Assembly (NCBI GenBank): GCA_018645865.1
Contig: JABGVU010000099.1
Location: forward strand, 5,291-69,290
Direction: 5' to 3'
Source: Flavobacteriales bacterium
GTDB lineage: Bacteria > Bacteroidota > Bacteroidia > Flavobacteriales > BACL11
DNA: 64,000 bases
This document shows positions 31,039 through 41,247 of the stretch, one piece after another. The notes below the pieces were generated by a model that worked only from the letters and a program-made list of their open reading frames with translations, did no database searches and was not told the DNA's origin. A program made the position numbers and the translations under genes. The first letter of the stretch is position 1, and each line of letters begins with the position of its first letter.

Positions 31039-33381
31039 ATGGCAAAGAACTTAGTGATTGTAGAATCACCTGCAAAGAAAAAAATAATACAAGGTTTTTT
31101 AGGAAAAGACTTTGTAGTAGAATCAAGTATAGGGCATATTAGAGATTTGCCTAAAAAAGGAGGTATGGCCATTGATATTAAAAATGGATTTGAGCCTAAT
31201 TATGTTATTTCTGAAGATAAAACTAAAGTAGTAAGCCATCTTAAAAATATAGCGAAAAAATCCGAGACTGTTTGGCTTGCTACGGATGAGGATCGTGAAG
31301 GAGAGGCAATTGCTTGGCACTTAACAGAGGCTTTAAAGTTAGATGCTAGCTCTACTAAAAGAATTGTATTTCATGAAATTACTAAGAATGCGATTACTAA
31401 AGCAGTAGAAAATCCTAGAGTTTTAGATACTAACTTAGTGAATGCCCAACAAGCTAGACGTGTATTGGATAGATTAGTTGGTTTTGAACTTTCGCCTGTA
31501 CTTTGGAGAAAAGTAAAGCAAGGTCTTTCTGCTGGTCGTGTGCAGTCAGTTGCTGTACGTTTAATTGTTGAGCGTGAAAATGAAATAAGTAACTTTACTT
31601 CAATATCATCTTATAAAGTAGTTGCTTTTTTTATTAATAGTGATGGGAACATAGTAAGATCAGAATTGCCTCAAAGATTTAAAGCAAATGAAAATGCTTA
31701 TGCATTTATGGAAAAATGTAAGGATGCAACTTTTTCGGTTGGTTCTTTGGAGCGAAAGCCAGCAAAAAAATCGGCAACAGCACCTTTTACAACTTCTACA
31801 TTGCAGCAAGAGGCATCACGTAAACTTGGTTTTTCAGTGAGTCAAACTATGATGGTAGCTCAAAAATTATATGAAGCAGGTAAAATTACCTACATGAGAA
31901 CCGATAGTGTAAATTTATCTCAAGATGCTTTAGCAGCAGCTGAGTTGGAAATTACTAATTTGTATGGTGAAGAATTTGCGCAAAGGAGAGTGTATACTAA
32001 AAAAGCAAAGGGGGCACAAGAGGCACATGAGGCAATTCGCCCTTCTTACATGAATAATAAAACTGTTGAGGGAGATAGTTCTCATCAGAGGTTGTACGAT
32101 TTAATTTGGAAAAGAACTATTTCTTCTCAAATGGCGGATGCTCAGTTTGATAGAACAACTGTTAAGATTAATATTTCAAATACTGCTGAACAGTTTGTTG
32201 CTAAAGGTGAAGTAATTACTTTTGAAGGGTTTATGAAGGTTTATTTGGAAGGGAAAGATGATGATAATGAAGAGCAGAAAGGAATGTTGCCTAAATTGGA
32301 AGTTGGGGAAGCTTTAGATCTTTCTGAAGCAGTTGCTTCTGAGCAGTTCTCTCGTCCTCCAGCAAGATATGCTGAGGCAAGTTTAGTAAAAAAGATGGAA
32401 GAACTAGGTATTGGAAGACCATCAACATATGCAGCAACCATTACAACTATTCAAAAGAGGGGTTACATTGAAAAAGAAAGTAGAGATGGATTTGATCGTA
32501 TTTCACAAATGATTGAATTAAAAGATGGAAATCTCACAAAATCAGAGAAAACATCAATCACAGGAGCTGAAAATAAAAAATTATTTCCTACTGATGTAGG
32601 TATAGTTGTTACTGAATTTTTAGTAGAACACTTTTCTGATGTTATGGAATATAGCTTTACAGCTTCAGTTGAAACTGAATTTGATGAAATTGCAGAAGGA
32701 AAAAAAGTTTGGAATGAGATGATTGCTTCTTTTTATGGAGGTTTTAAAGAAAAAGTACTGGATGTAATTGGAAATGTTGGTAAGGCTTCAGGAGAAAGAG
32801 AATTAGGCAATAACCCTATAAGCGGTGAAAAAGTATTTGCACGTATAGGTCCTTTTGGTCCTATGGTTCAGATGGGTGAAAAACAAGAAGATGAAAATGC
32901 CCCAAAACCTAAATTTGCTTCTTTGTTAAAAGGACAAACTATACAAACAATTACCTTAGATGAAGCTATGGATTTGTTTAAATTACCAAGGATGGTAGGG
33001 GAATGGGAAGGAAAGGAAATTGTTGCTTCAGTAGGTAGGTTTGGTCCGTATTTGCGTTATGACAGCAAGTTTACATCCATCAAGAAAACAGATGAAGAAG
33101 ATCCTTTAACAATAGAATTAGAAAGATCTATTGAATTGATAAAAGTTAAAATTCAAGCGGATAAAGACAGATTAATTGCTAATTTTGATGGCGATCCTTT
33201 AATTCAAATACTGAACGGTAGATATGGTCCTTTTATTCAGGTTACTCCTCCAAAAGGTAAAAAGATAAATGTTAAAATACCAAAAGGAACTGAGCCAAAA
33301 GATTTGAATAGAGAAGAATGTGTTACTTTGTGGGAGAATCAGCCTGCTAAAAAAGCTAAAGGAAAGAAAAATAATGATTGA
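31039..33381 (+). CDS. topA: DNA topoisomerase I
   Basis: It has a Toprim start (LVIVESPAKKK), TDEDREGE and the active-site Tyr context ITYMRTDS. The protein is 780 aa. Confidence 0.95.
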   Translation: MAKNLVIVESPAKKKIIQGFLGKDFVVESSIGHIRDLPKKGGMAIDIKNGFEPNYVISEDKTKVVSHLKNIAKKSETVWLATDEDREGEAIAWHLTEALKLDASSTKRIVFHEITKNAITKAVENPRVLDTNLVNAQQARRVLDRLVGFELSPVLWRKVKQGLSAGRVQSVAVRLIVERENEISNFTSISSYKVVAFFINSDGNIVRSELPQRFKANENAYAFMEKCKDATFSVGSLERKPAKKSATAPFTTSTLQQEASRKLGFSVSQTMMVAQKLYEAGKITYMRTDSVNLSQDALAAAELEITNLYGEEFAQRRVYTKKAKGAQEAHEAIRPSYMNNKTVEGDSSHQRLYDLIWKRTISSQMADAQFDRTTVKINISNTAEQFVAKGEVITFEGFMKVYLEGKDDDNEEQKGMLPKLEVGEALDLSEAVASEQFSRPPARYAEASLVKKMEELGIGRPSTYAATITTIQKRGYIEKESRDGFDRISQMIELKDGNLTKSEKTSITGAENKKLFPTDVGIVVTEFLVEHFSDVMEYSFTASVETEFDEIAEGKKVWNEMIASFYGGFKEKVLDVIGNVGKASGERELGNNPISGEKVFARIGPFGPMVQMGEKQEDENAPKPKFASLLKGQTIQTITLDEAMDLFKLPRMVGEWEGKEIVASVGRFGPYLRYDSKFTSIKKTDEEDPLTIELERSIELIKVKIQADKDRLIANFDGDPLIQILNGRYGPFIQVTPPKGKKINVKIPKGTEPKDLNREECVTLWENQPAKKAKGKKNND

Positions 33382-34534
33382 ATTACACTCCTATTTTAAA
33401 CCTTTAAATCCTGGCATTTATGCTGCAAAGGATAGGTGGGAAACTACACAAATAGGGCGTTTAATTGATTCGTATACTGCTGATCATTTTCCTGAATTGA
33501 AATTTGCTGAAATTGCAATTTTTAATATTCCTGAATATGAAGGTTCAAAAAATAAATTAGCGAGTCCGAATTGTAAAATTAGGGCTTCCTTTTATCAATT
33601 GCACCAAGAAAAATCACCTAGAATAGTTGATTTAGGTACTTTGCAGCTAATGCCAACTCGTAAAGAATCATTTAAAATGATTCAAGATGTTTGTGAAGTT
33701 TTATTGCATGATGGAGTAATTCCTATTATTATTGGAGGTGGGCATGATATTAGTTATGCTGTTTATAAAGCTTATGCTGCTTTAGAGAAGTATATTACTC
33801 TTACTTCAGTCGATAAAAGATTTGATATTGGCTTGGAGGAAGATAAATTAGCGTCCTACTCTCATTTAAGAAAGATTATAAGTCATAGACCTAGCCATTT
33901 GTTTCATTATGTTAATTTGGGTTATCAGTCCTATTTCGTTTCAACTATAGCTATTGAAATGCTAAAAGGGATGAATTTTGATGTCGTAAGGTTGGGCGAT
34001 CTAAAAGCTGATTTTCAGGAAGTAGAGCCAGTAATGAGGAATACTGATTTTTTAAGTTTTGATATATCGGCAATTCAATTTGCTTATGCTGAGGCGAATG
34101 TTTACAATTCTCCTAACGGATTAAACGGAGAGGAAGCATGCAAGATAATGCGTTATGCTGGAGTGAGTGATAAATTGTCATCTGTTGGTTTATTTGAGTA
34201 TAATCAGGAATTAGATGTAAATAATCAAACGGCTCAATTATTGGCACAAATGATTTGGTATTTTGTTGATGGTTATAAAATGCGGAAGCAGGAGTTAAAT
34301 CCGAATTTAAAAAATTGTATGAAATACACGGTTGCATTTGAAGATGGTAAAAACGAAATTATTTTTTACAAAAGCCAAAGTAGTGGAAGGTGGTGGATGG
34401 GTGTTCCTTTTAAAAAGGAAGGTGAAAAACAACTGCAAAATTACTTTGTTGCTTGCTCATATCGAGACTATGAGATGGCAAATCAGGGGGAAGTTCCTGA
34501 AAGATGGTTAAAAACTTACAATAAGTTTATTTAA
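33374..34534 (+). CDS. Arginase/formimidoylglutamase-fold protein with degenerate metal-binding motifs and a C-terminal extension
   Basis: GGGHDIS, SVDKRFD and SFDISAIQF align by eye to the family motifs GGDHS, DAHxD and SxDxDxxDP. The start ATG at 33374 overlaps the topA stop (ATGATTGA). Confidence 0.7.
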   Translation: MIELHSYFKPLNPGIYAAKDRWETTQIGRLIDSYTADHFPELKFAEIAIFNIPEYEGSKNKLASPNCKIRASFYQLHQEKSPRIVDLGTLQLMPTRKESFKMIQDVCEVLLHDGVIPIIIGGGHDISYAVYKAYAALEKYITLTSVDKRFDIGLEEDKLASYSHLRKIISHRPSHLFHYVNLGYQSYFVSTIAIEMLKGMNFDVVRLGDLKADFQEVEPVMRNTDFLSFDISAIQFAYAEANVYNSPNGLNGEEACKIMRYAGVSDKLSSVGLFEYNQELDVNNQTAQLLAQMIWYFVDGYKMRKQELNPNLKNCMKYTVAFEDGKNEIIFYKSQSSGRWWMGVPFKKEGEKQLQNYFVACSYRDYEMANQGEVPERWLKTYNKFI

Positions 34535-34674
34535 TTAAACTCCCTGATAGTTAGAATAATAGGCATTAAACATGCTATTGAATCTACTTAAACACATAAG
34601 ATTGTCGCTAGTAATTCGTACGCTTAATTAAAATTTGTTTATTTTAGCCCCAAATTTTCAATAGATAAATAAAT

Positions 34675-35592
34675 ATGAAGAAAATAATTATACTAATCTT
34701 AGCTGTTATATCAGTAATTACTGTTTCTGCACAACAAGCTCCACAATTCAGTCAGAATATGTTTAATAAATTAGCTAATAATCCTGGATTTGCAGGAAGT
34801 AGAGGGGTTATTGCTACTTCTATTTTACATAGATCGCAATGGATGGGATTTAGTGAGAATGGATCTGCTGCTTCAACTCAAAATTTTAGTATTGATGCTG
34901 AATTACCATTCTTATTTGGTGGTGTTGGTTTGAATGTTGTGAAAGATAATATAGTTCAATTTAGTAATTTAGGTTTACAAGCATCTTATGCTTATCGTAC
35001 TGAATTAGGAATTGGTCAAATTGGAATGGGTATGTCAGTTGGAATGTTTCAGAGTGGCTTAGATGGCGCTAAACTTAATCCCGCTCAAGCAGGTGATAAT
35101 GCGATTCCTTTAAGTAGTGTAAGTGGATCAAAGCTAGATATAGGAGCTGGTATTTATTATAATACTCAGGATGTTTATATTGGAATTTCTTCTTCACATA
35201 TGACTGAGCCTGTTGTAGAATGGAGTGATGGTGCTAACTATCCTCTAGCTAGACATTACTTTTTAATTGCAGGTTACTATCATGAACTTAATCCTCAGCT
35301 TTCATTAAACCCTTCAATATATTTAAAATCGGATGGAGCAACTTCTCAATTAGATATTAATACAAATTTAATATACAATAATAAGATGTGGGGTGGCGTT
35401 AGTTATAGGTTAGATGAAGGCCTGATTTTATTGGCAGGTATGAACGTGAATGAAGATTTAAGGTTTGGATTAGGGTATGATATAACAATGATAAATCCAA
35501 TGGGGAATTCTCTAGAAATTATGTTAGGATATAACTTTAAGATTAAAACAAACAAAGCAATTTCAAAATACAAAAATCCAAGATTCTTATAA
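34675..35592 (+). CDS. porP: Type IX secretion system membrane protein PorP/SprF family
   Basis: After the signal peptide comes AQQAPQFSQNMFNKLANNPGFAG, the family-typical N-terminus. It is a beta-barrel-like protein of 305 aa directly upstream of gldK. Confidence 0.8.
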   Translation: MKKIIILILAVISVITVSAQQAPQFSQNMFNKLANNPGFAGSRGVIATSILHRSQWMGFSENGSAASTQNFSIDAELPFLFGGVGLNVVKDNIVQFSNLGLQASYAYRTELGIGQIGMGMSVGMFQSGLDGAKLNPAQAGDNAIPLSSVSGSKLDIGAGIYYNTQDVYIGISSSHMTEPVVEWSDGANYPLARHYFLIAGYYHELNPQLSLNPSIYLKSDGATSQLDINTNLIYNNKMWGGVSYRLDEGLILLAGMNVNEDLRFGLGYDITMINPMGNSLEIMLGYNFKIKTNKAISKYKNPRFL

Positions 35593-35625
35593 AATAGATT
35601 TAACTCACGAAAGTGATAAATAAAT

Positions 35626-36936
35626 ATGAATATGAAAAAAATAATATTATTAAGTTCAATTGTAGCACTATTAAGTGCTTGTGGTAGTTCGGGTAATGGT
35701 GAATTGATTGGATCGCAAAATAGACAGATCTGGAATCCTACAGATCCTTATGGAATGGTATTCATTCCTCAAGGAAGTTTCAATATGGGGCCTTCTGATC
35801 AAGATGTTCCATTTTCAAATGTGTCGGCATCAAAAACTATTTCTGTTGGGGCATTCTATATGGATGAAACTGAAATTACTAATAATGAATATCGCCAGTT
35901 TGTAACTTGGGTGAGAGATTCTTTAGCACATACTATTTTAGGTGAAGCAGGAGTTGAAGGACACCTAATTGAGGAAGATAATTATGGTAATTTCTTGGAG
36001 CCTGCAAAAGTTAACTGGAATACTAAAATTAGATGGGATGATCAAGAGGTTAGAGAAATACTTGAGGAAGAAATGTATTTACCAGAACATGAAAGATTGA
36101 ACGGTAGACGCGAGTTTGATACTAGAAAGTATGTGTTTAAATATCAAGTTTTAGATGTCCAGGCTGCTTCAAGTAAATCAAAAAGAGAAGGTGATGCTGC
36201 TGGTAAGAGAGATAGAAGTGAATTTTTATCTGATTTTGAAGTTTCAATTTTCCCTGACACATTAACTTGGATTCACGATTATGCATATTCTTTTAATGAT
36301 CCGTATACTAAGAATTACTTTTTTCACTCTGCCTTTGATGATTATCCGGTAGTAGGTATTAACTGGAAACAAGCTACGGCATTTACTAAATGGAGAACAA
36401 AAATAATGAATTCTTTCTTAAGAAAAATTAAACAACCAGTATTGCCAGAATTTAGATTGCCTACAGAATCAGAATGGGAATATGCCTCAAGAGGAGGGTT
36501 GGATTTTTCTCCTTACCCTTGGGGTGGTCCTTACACTCGTAATATGAAGGGTTGTTTTTTGGCAAACTTTAAGCCATTAAGAGGTAATTATGTTGCTGAT
36601 GGAGGTCTTAAAACAATTAAAACAGCTTCATATAATCCGAATGGTTTTGGGCTTTATGATATGGCAGGAAATGTTGCTGAATGGACCTCAAATGCTTATG
36701 ATGAATCTGCTTTTTCATATTCTCATGATATGAATATGGATTATCATTATAATGCAAGTGAAGATGATCATGCTGTACTAAAAAGAAAATCTATCAGAGG
36801 AGGTTCTTGGAAAGATATTGCTTATTTCATACAAACAAGTACAAGAACTTTTGAGTACCAGGATACAGCTAAAAGCTATATTGGTTTTAGATGTGCAGTT
36901 GATTTCCTTGGTAGAGATAAAAAAGATTTTGAATAA
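35626..36936 (+). CDS. gldK: T9SS/gliding lipoprotein GldK (PorK)
   Basis: It has the lipobox LLSACG and an FGE/SUMF1-like domain (GINWKQA, RGGSWKD, IGFRC). It is the first gene of the gldKLMN order. Confidence 0.9.
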   Translation: MNMKKIILLSSIVALLSACGSSGNGELIGSQNRQIWNPTDPYGMVFIPQGSFNMGPSDQDVPFSNVSASKTISVGAFYMDETEITNNEYRQFVTWVRDSLAHTILGEAGVEGHLIEEDNYGNFLEPAKVNWNTKIRWDDQEVREILEEEMYLPEHERLNGRREFDTRKYVFKYQVLDVQAASSKSKREGDAAGKRDRSEFLSDFEVSIFPDTLTWIHDYAYSFNDPYTKNYFFHSAFDDYPVVGINWKQATAFTKWRTKIMNSFLRKIKQPVLPEFRLPTESEWEYASRGGLDFSPYPWGGPYTRNMKGCFLANFKPLRGNYVADGGLKTIKTASYNPNGFGLYDMAGNVAEWTSNAYDESAFSYSHDMNMDYHYNASEDDHAVLKRKSIRGGSWKDIAYFIQTSTRTFEYQDTAKSYIGFRCAVDFLGRDKKDFE

Positions 36937-36967
36937 ATTTTTTCAATAATTAAATAAAAATAAGAAA

Positions 36968-37624
36968 ATGAGTTTCATAGATAATTTAGCAAAAATAACA
37001 GAAGCAAAATGGTACAAAGTAATGATGCCAAAATTATATGGTTGGGGCGCAGCACTTGTAATTTTAGGAGCACTATTTAAAATAGAACATTATCCAGGAG
37101 CATCAATTATGCTTGCTGTCGGTTTAGGTACTGAGGCGATTATCTTCTTTTTCTCTGCTTTTGAGAAGCCACATGTTGATCCAGATTGGTCATTAGTATA
37201 TCCAGAACTTGCTCATATGGAAGACCCTGATCATAAAAGACCATCTCAACAATTAGATGATGCTTTAGCGAAAGCCAAGATTGATAACGAATTAATTGAA
37301 AGTTTAAATGAAGGACTAAGATCTTTTGGTGAATCGGCTAGGCAATTGAATGAAACGGTTACTGCTGCTTCTGGTATTTCAGAATATAATTCACAAATTC
37401 AGGAAGGAGTAAAAAATATGAATGCTTTGAATTCTTTATATGAGTTGCAATTACAAACTTCTAATCATCAGATGGAGGCGACAACTTTGTTCTTGCAAAA
37501 TTTACAATCTTCTGTAGATGATTCTAAGAGATTTCAAGAGCAAGTTAGTAGTTTAGCTGATAACTTAGAGCAATTAAATAAGGTATATGGAAACATGCTA
37601 ACTGCAATGAATTCAAATAAATAA
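36968..37624 (+). CDS. gldL: T9SS/gliding motor protein GldL (PorL)
   Basis: It has two N-terminal TM helices (GAALVILGALFKIEH, MLAVGLGTEAIIFFFSAFE) with an intramembrane Glu, followed by a cytoplasmic coiled-coil tail. Confidence 0.85.
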   Translation: MSFIDNLAKITEAKWYKVMMPKLYGWGAALVILGALFKIEHYPGASIMLAVGLGTEAIIFFFSAFEKPHVDPDWSLVYPELAHMEDPDHKRPSQQLDDALAKAKIDNELIESLNEGLRSFGESARQLNETVTAASGISEYNSQIQEGVKNMNALNSLYELQLQTSNHQMEATTLFLQNLQSSVDDSKRFQEQVSSLADNLEQLNKVYGNMLTAMNSNK

Positions 37625-37657
37625 TCATCATTAATTACTTGAAAAACATAAAATAAT

Positions 37658-39370
37658 ATGGCTGGAGGTAATTTGTCGCCAAGACAGAAGATGATTAACA
37701 TGATGTATTTAGTGCTTACGGCGCTGCTTGCATTAAATGTATCCAAGGAAGTACTAAATTCATTTTTTGAAGTGAATAATGGTATTACTAGAACAACTAC
37801 AAATTTTAATGCAAAAAATGGAGATACTTATGCTGCTTTTGATGCTGCTGCTGAGGTGAATCCTGTTAAGGCAGGCCCTTATAGAGAGCAAGCGTATAAA
37901 ATTAAACAAGAAGCAGATAAATTAGTAGCTTCTTTGCAAGAAATGAAATATAATCTTGTTTTAAAAGCTGATAAAAAAGTTTATTTAGGATCTGAAAGTG
38001 AAATTAAAGATGAAGAAGGTGATTTAATTGATGGAAAATCAATTGTGTTAACTTGGGATTTATTAAGTGATCAACAAAAATTAATGAATATTGGCGCTTT
38101 AACTAATAAGGATGATAGACATGCTTCTGGCGATTTATTTTACAATTCAAAAAGGAAAAATAATATTGCAACAGATTTAAAGATTGATTTAAGTTCATAT
38201 AAAAATTCACTTATTTCTATTGCAGATGGAAATGAATCTCTAATTGCATCAATAAATGAAACTTGTAATTATGAAGATAAAAAAATAAAAGGTAAAAAAC
38301 AGTTATGGGAAGAATATAATTTTTATGATATGCCTTCTGTTGGAGCATTAACGCTACTTTCTAAAATGCAATCTGATGTTAGAAACACTGAAGCAGACAT
38401 TATTAATATGTTAAGAGAAAATATTGATGCAGGATCATTGAAATTCACTTCTGCTGAAGGTATTCAAATTCCCAATTCTAATTTTGTATTAAAAGGAGAT
38501 TCTTTTAGGGCTCAAATATTTATTGCCGCAAAGGATACTACACAAGCACCAATTATTTATGTTGGAGAATTTGATTCATTAGGAGGAGGGAAATATGAGA
38601 TGGTTGGTGATGATTATGAAACGGTTAAAGTGGTGAATGGTAAGGGAATTTTTGCAAAACGAGCATTATCAGAGGGCGTCCAAAAGTGGGGAGGATTAAT
38701 TGCTATGAAAACTGATAACGGCACTAAAATTTATCCTTTTAGAGGCGAATATTTGGTAGCTGCTAAAACAGCTGTTGTTTCGCCAACAAATATGAATATT
38801 TTATATTTAGAGGTTGACAACCCAATTAAAATTTCTGTTCCTGGATATACTGCAGGAGTAATTTCTGCAGTAATTAATAATGGTAAAATTTCAGTAATTA
38901 AAAAATCATTGGGAGAATATTCTGCTCGTCCTTCTAAAAAAGGAAAGGCTATGGTATCTCTTTTTACAGAAGTAAATGGTAAGCGTACTAAAATGGGTGA
39001 TATGGAATTTCGAGTTAAGCCCGTACCTCCACCAAAGGCAGAGCTTTTAGGAGCAAAGAGTGTTAATGGTACAACCGTCATTGATAAGATGATGATGGTT
39101 AATGCTGGAGGAATATTGGCAAGACTGAAGGATTTTGATTTTAAAGGAGTAAGGTATATGATTACTTCTTTTAGATTGACAGGAGTGTATAAAGGAGAAC
39201 AAATGAAGGAAGAAACAAAAGGACCAGAATTTTCATTAAAGATGATAAATATTATTAAAAATATAAAATCAGGAAATACAATAACAATCTCTAATATTCA
39301 GGCAAAAAGGGTAGATTACAAGAATAGTGATGAAATACCTTTAGATCCATTAGTTATAGAAATAAAATAA
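37658..39370 (+). CDS. gldM: T9SS/gliding motor protein GldM (PorM)
   Basis: The N-terminus MAGGNLSPRQKMINMMYLVLTALLALNV is the GldM signature TM segment. A long periplasmic region follows, giving 570 aa. Confidence 0.85.
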   Translation: MAGGNLSPRQKMINMMYLVLTALLALNVSKEVLNSFFEVNNGITRTTTNFNAKNGDTYAAFDAAAEVNPVKAGPYREQAYKIKQEADKLVASLQEMKYNLVLKADKKVYLGSESEIKDEEGDLIDGKSIVLTWDLLSDQQKLMNIGALTNKDDRHASGDLFYNSKRKNNIATDLKIDLSSYKNSLISIADGNESLIASINETCNYEDKKIKGKKQLWEEYNFYDMPSVGALTLLSKMQSDVRNTEADIINMLRENIDAGSLKFTSAEGIQIPNSNFVLKGDSFRAQIFIAAKDTTQAPIIYVGEFDSLGGGKYEMVGDDYETVKVVNGKGIFAKRALSEGVQKWGGLIAMKTDNGTKIYPFRGEYLVAAKTAVVSPTNMNILYLEVDNPIKISVPGYTAGVISAVINNGKISVIKKSLGEYSARPSKKGKAMVSLFTEVNGKRTKMGDMEFRVKPVPPPKAELLGAKSVNGTTVIDKMMMVNAGGILARLKDFDFKGVRYMITSFRLTGVYKGEQMKEETKGPEFSLKMINIIKNIKSGNTITISNIQAKRVDYKNSDEIPLDPLVIEIK

Positions 39371-39376
39371 ATAATT

Positions 39377-40276
39377 ATGAAAAAAATAATCTTATTATTA
39401 ATTACAATTACACTATGTGTTGTAGGAATAAATGCTCAAGATGTACTTACTACAGAGGACATGAATTCTGTGTATAAGAAAGAAAAGCACCATAATAAAA
39501 GAGTTCAGCAGTATGCCCCTTTACGTCAAGCAGATGTAATGTGGTCTCGTAAAATATGGCGAGAAATTGATTTACGTCAAAAAATTAATCATCCTTTTTA
39601 TTATCCGGAAAATGATGGTGTTGGGCACACCATTGAAGATAGAAAGAGTTTAATTGATGTTATTTACTCTGCTATACAGGAAGGTAGTATTACTGCATAT
39701 GATAATGCTGCTATGGATGATGAATTTAGAGAACCAATGACTCCTGAAGGTATAAAACAAATTGGAGGAGCTAAAGAAGAATTAATTGAAGTGATTGATT
39801 GGGATGCTGTTGCTGAAGGAGCTGATCCAGAAGAAGCAAAAACCACAAGAGTTAATGTAGTTCCATTTAATAGAAATACGGTTAAAAAATGGAGAATAAA
39901 AGAAGAATGGTTTTTTGATAAACAAAGATCAGTAATGGATGTTCGTATTATTGGATTAGCCCCATTACAAGAAGATAGAGATGAAGTTAATAATCAGTTG
40001 TTAGGAACATTTTCTCCTCTTTTCTGGGTATATTTCCCAGAAGCTAGAGAAATTTTGATTAATGCAGAAGTTTTTAATTTAGTTAAAAATAATGCTGAAA
40101 GAAGAACTTATGATGATATTTTTTGGAAAAGAATGTTTGGGAGTACTATTGTGAAAGAATCAAGTGTTATGGATAGAAAGGTGAATGAATACATGGTTGG
40201 TCTTGATGCTTTATTAGAAGCAGAAAAAATTAAGACAGAAATCTTTAATATGGAACATGATCTTTGGGAATATTAA
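39377..40276 (+). CDS. gldN: T9SS/gliding periplasmic ring protein GldN (PorN)
   Basis: It has a signal peptide and is 299 aa. It is the last gene of the gldKLMN order and starts 6 nt after gldM. Confidence 0.8.
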   Translation: MKKIILLLITITLCVVGINAQDVLTTEDMNSVYKKEKHHNKRVQQYAPLRQADVMWSRKIWREIDLRQKINHPFYYPENDGVGHTIEDRKSLIDVIYSAIQEGSITAYDNAAMDDEFREPMTPEGIKQIGGAKEELIEVIDWDAVAEGADPEEAKTTRVNVVPFNRNTVKKWRIKEEWFFDKQRSVMDVRIIGLAPLQEDRDEVNNQLLGTFSPLFWVYFPEAREILINAEVFNLVKNNAERRTYDDIFWKRMFGSTIVKESSVMDRKVNEYMVGLDALLEAEKIKTEIFNMEHDLWEY

Positions 40277-40300
40277 ACGCAATAAATAATACATTACTAG

Positions 40301-40321
40301 AAGCCCTAATGGGGCTTTTTT
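40301..40321 (+). terminator. Rho-independent terminator ending the porP-gldKLMN operon
   Basis: The stem aagccc / gggctt is 6 bp and GC-rich with a loop of taatg. A run of T residues follows immediately. Confidence 0.7.
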
Positions 40322-40406
40322 AATTTGAACAAAGAATAGCAATTTTCACCATTTTAAATCAAGAATTTATAATCTTGTAACAGGGAAATTTTTAAATAAA
40401 TAAGAA

Positions 40407-41246
40407 ATGACAGAAGAATTAAATCTAAATGAATTATTTTCTAATCTTGTAAAATTTATTGCAAGAAATAGTAGATTGCTTTTTGTTTTTATGGGAGCTG
40501 GTATTCTTAGTGTTATTGCATATCAGAAATTTAAAACTCCTTATTATGAAACAAAAGCAATTTGTATGTCAGGTATTTCTGAATACGAAAGACAAGAACA
40601 GATTGAGGATTTAAGCCAAAGAACAGCAATTGATTTGATTAATCATTTGCAAATTAATATTGAAAATAAAGATTATTCTGCCTTAGTAAATTCATTAGGG
40701 TTAGAGTTAGAAGTTGTTTCGAGCTTAAAAAGTATTGAAGCTGAACAATTATATCAACAGGACATGAATGAGAAGTTTTATGCACTCAATAAATTTGAAA
40801 TTTCATTATTAACTTTTGATGAAAAGCACATTAACCAATTACAAGAAGGTCTTATTTATTATTTTACAAACAACATTTTTATTAAGCAATATCACAATAG
40901 TTATTTAGCTTCTAATATTGAAATTATTAATAATATCAATGATGAGATAGAAATGTTAAATAACATTAGAATTGTTGGTGCTAAAAACAGTTTAGATGTA
41001 AGTTCTGTAAATATAGTTAGTGGTAAAGAGAGTAGCGTTGTTAGTAATCAAATTATTTTACTTAGTCAACTTAGAGAAAACATAAAAACTAAACAGGCTT
41101 TATTAAAACCATTAACATTTGTACAGAATTTTGCTAAAGTAAATCAGAAAGAAGATGATATTTTAATCTTAGGGGTTTTAGGCGCTATTTTATCTTTTAT
41201 TTTAGGTTTGTTTGTCGCTTTAGTTAAAGAAGTAAAAACTAATTAA
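40407..41246 (+). CDS. Wzz-like polysaccharide chain-length determinant (PCP-1 topology)
   Basis: It has TM1 near residue 25-40, a long coiled-coil-like periplasmic region and TM2 at the C-terminus (ILILGVLGAILSFILGLFVALV). The call rests on topology and context only. Confidence 0.5.
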   Translation: MTEELNLNELFSNLVKFIARNSRLLFVFMGAGILSVIAYQKFKTPYYETKAICMSGISEYERQEQIEDLSQRTAIDLINHLQINIENKDYSALVNSLGLELEVVSSLKSIEAEQLYQQDMNEKFYALNKFEISLLTFDEKHINQLQEGLIYYFTNNIFIKQYHNSYLASNIEIINNINDEIEMLNNIRIVGAKNSLDVSSVNIVSGKESSVVSNQIILLSQLRENIKTKQALLKPLTFVQNFAKVNQKEDDILILGVLGAILSFILGLFVALVKEVKTN

Positions 41247-41247
41247 T

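Noticed and set aside
38731-39081. A 116-aa antisense ORF lies inside gldM. Similar short antisense ORFs lie inside murE/mraY, ftsZ, topA, the CapD-like gene and the Wzy-like genes.
   Set aside because: All are nested in confidently assigned genes on the other strand. None has a motif, signal peptide or start context that argues for expression.
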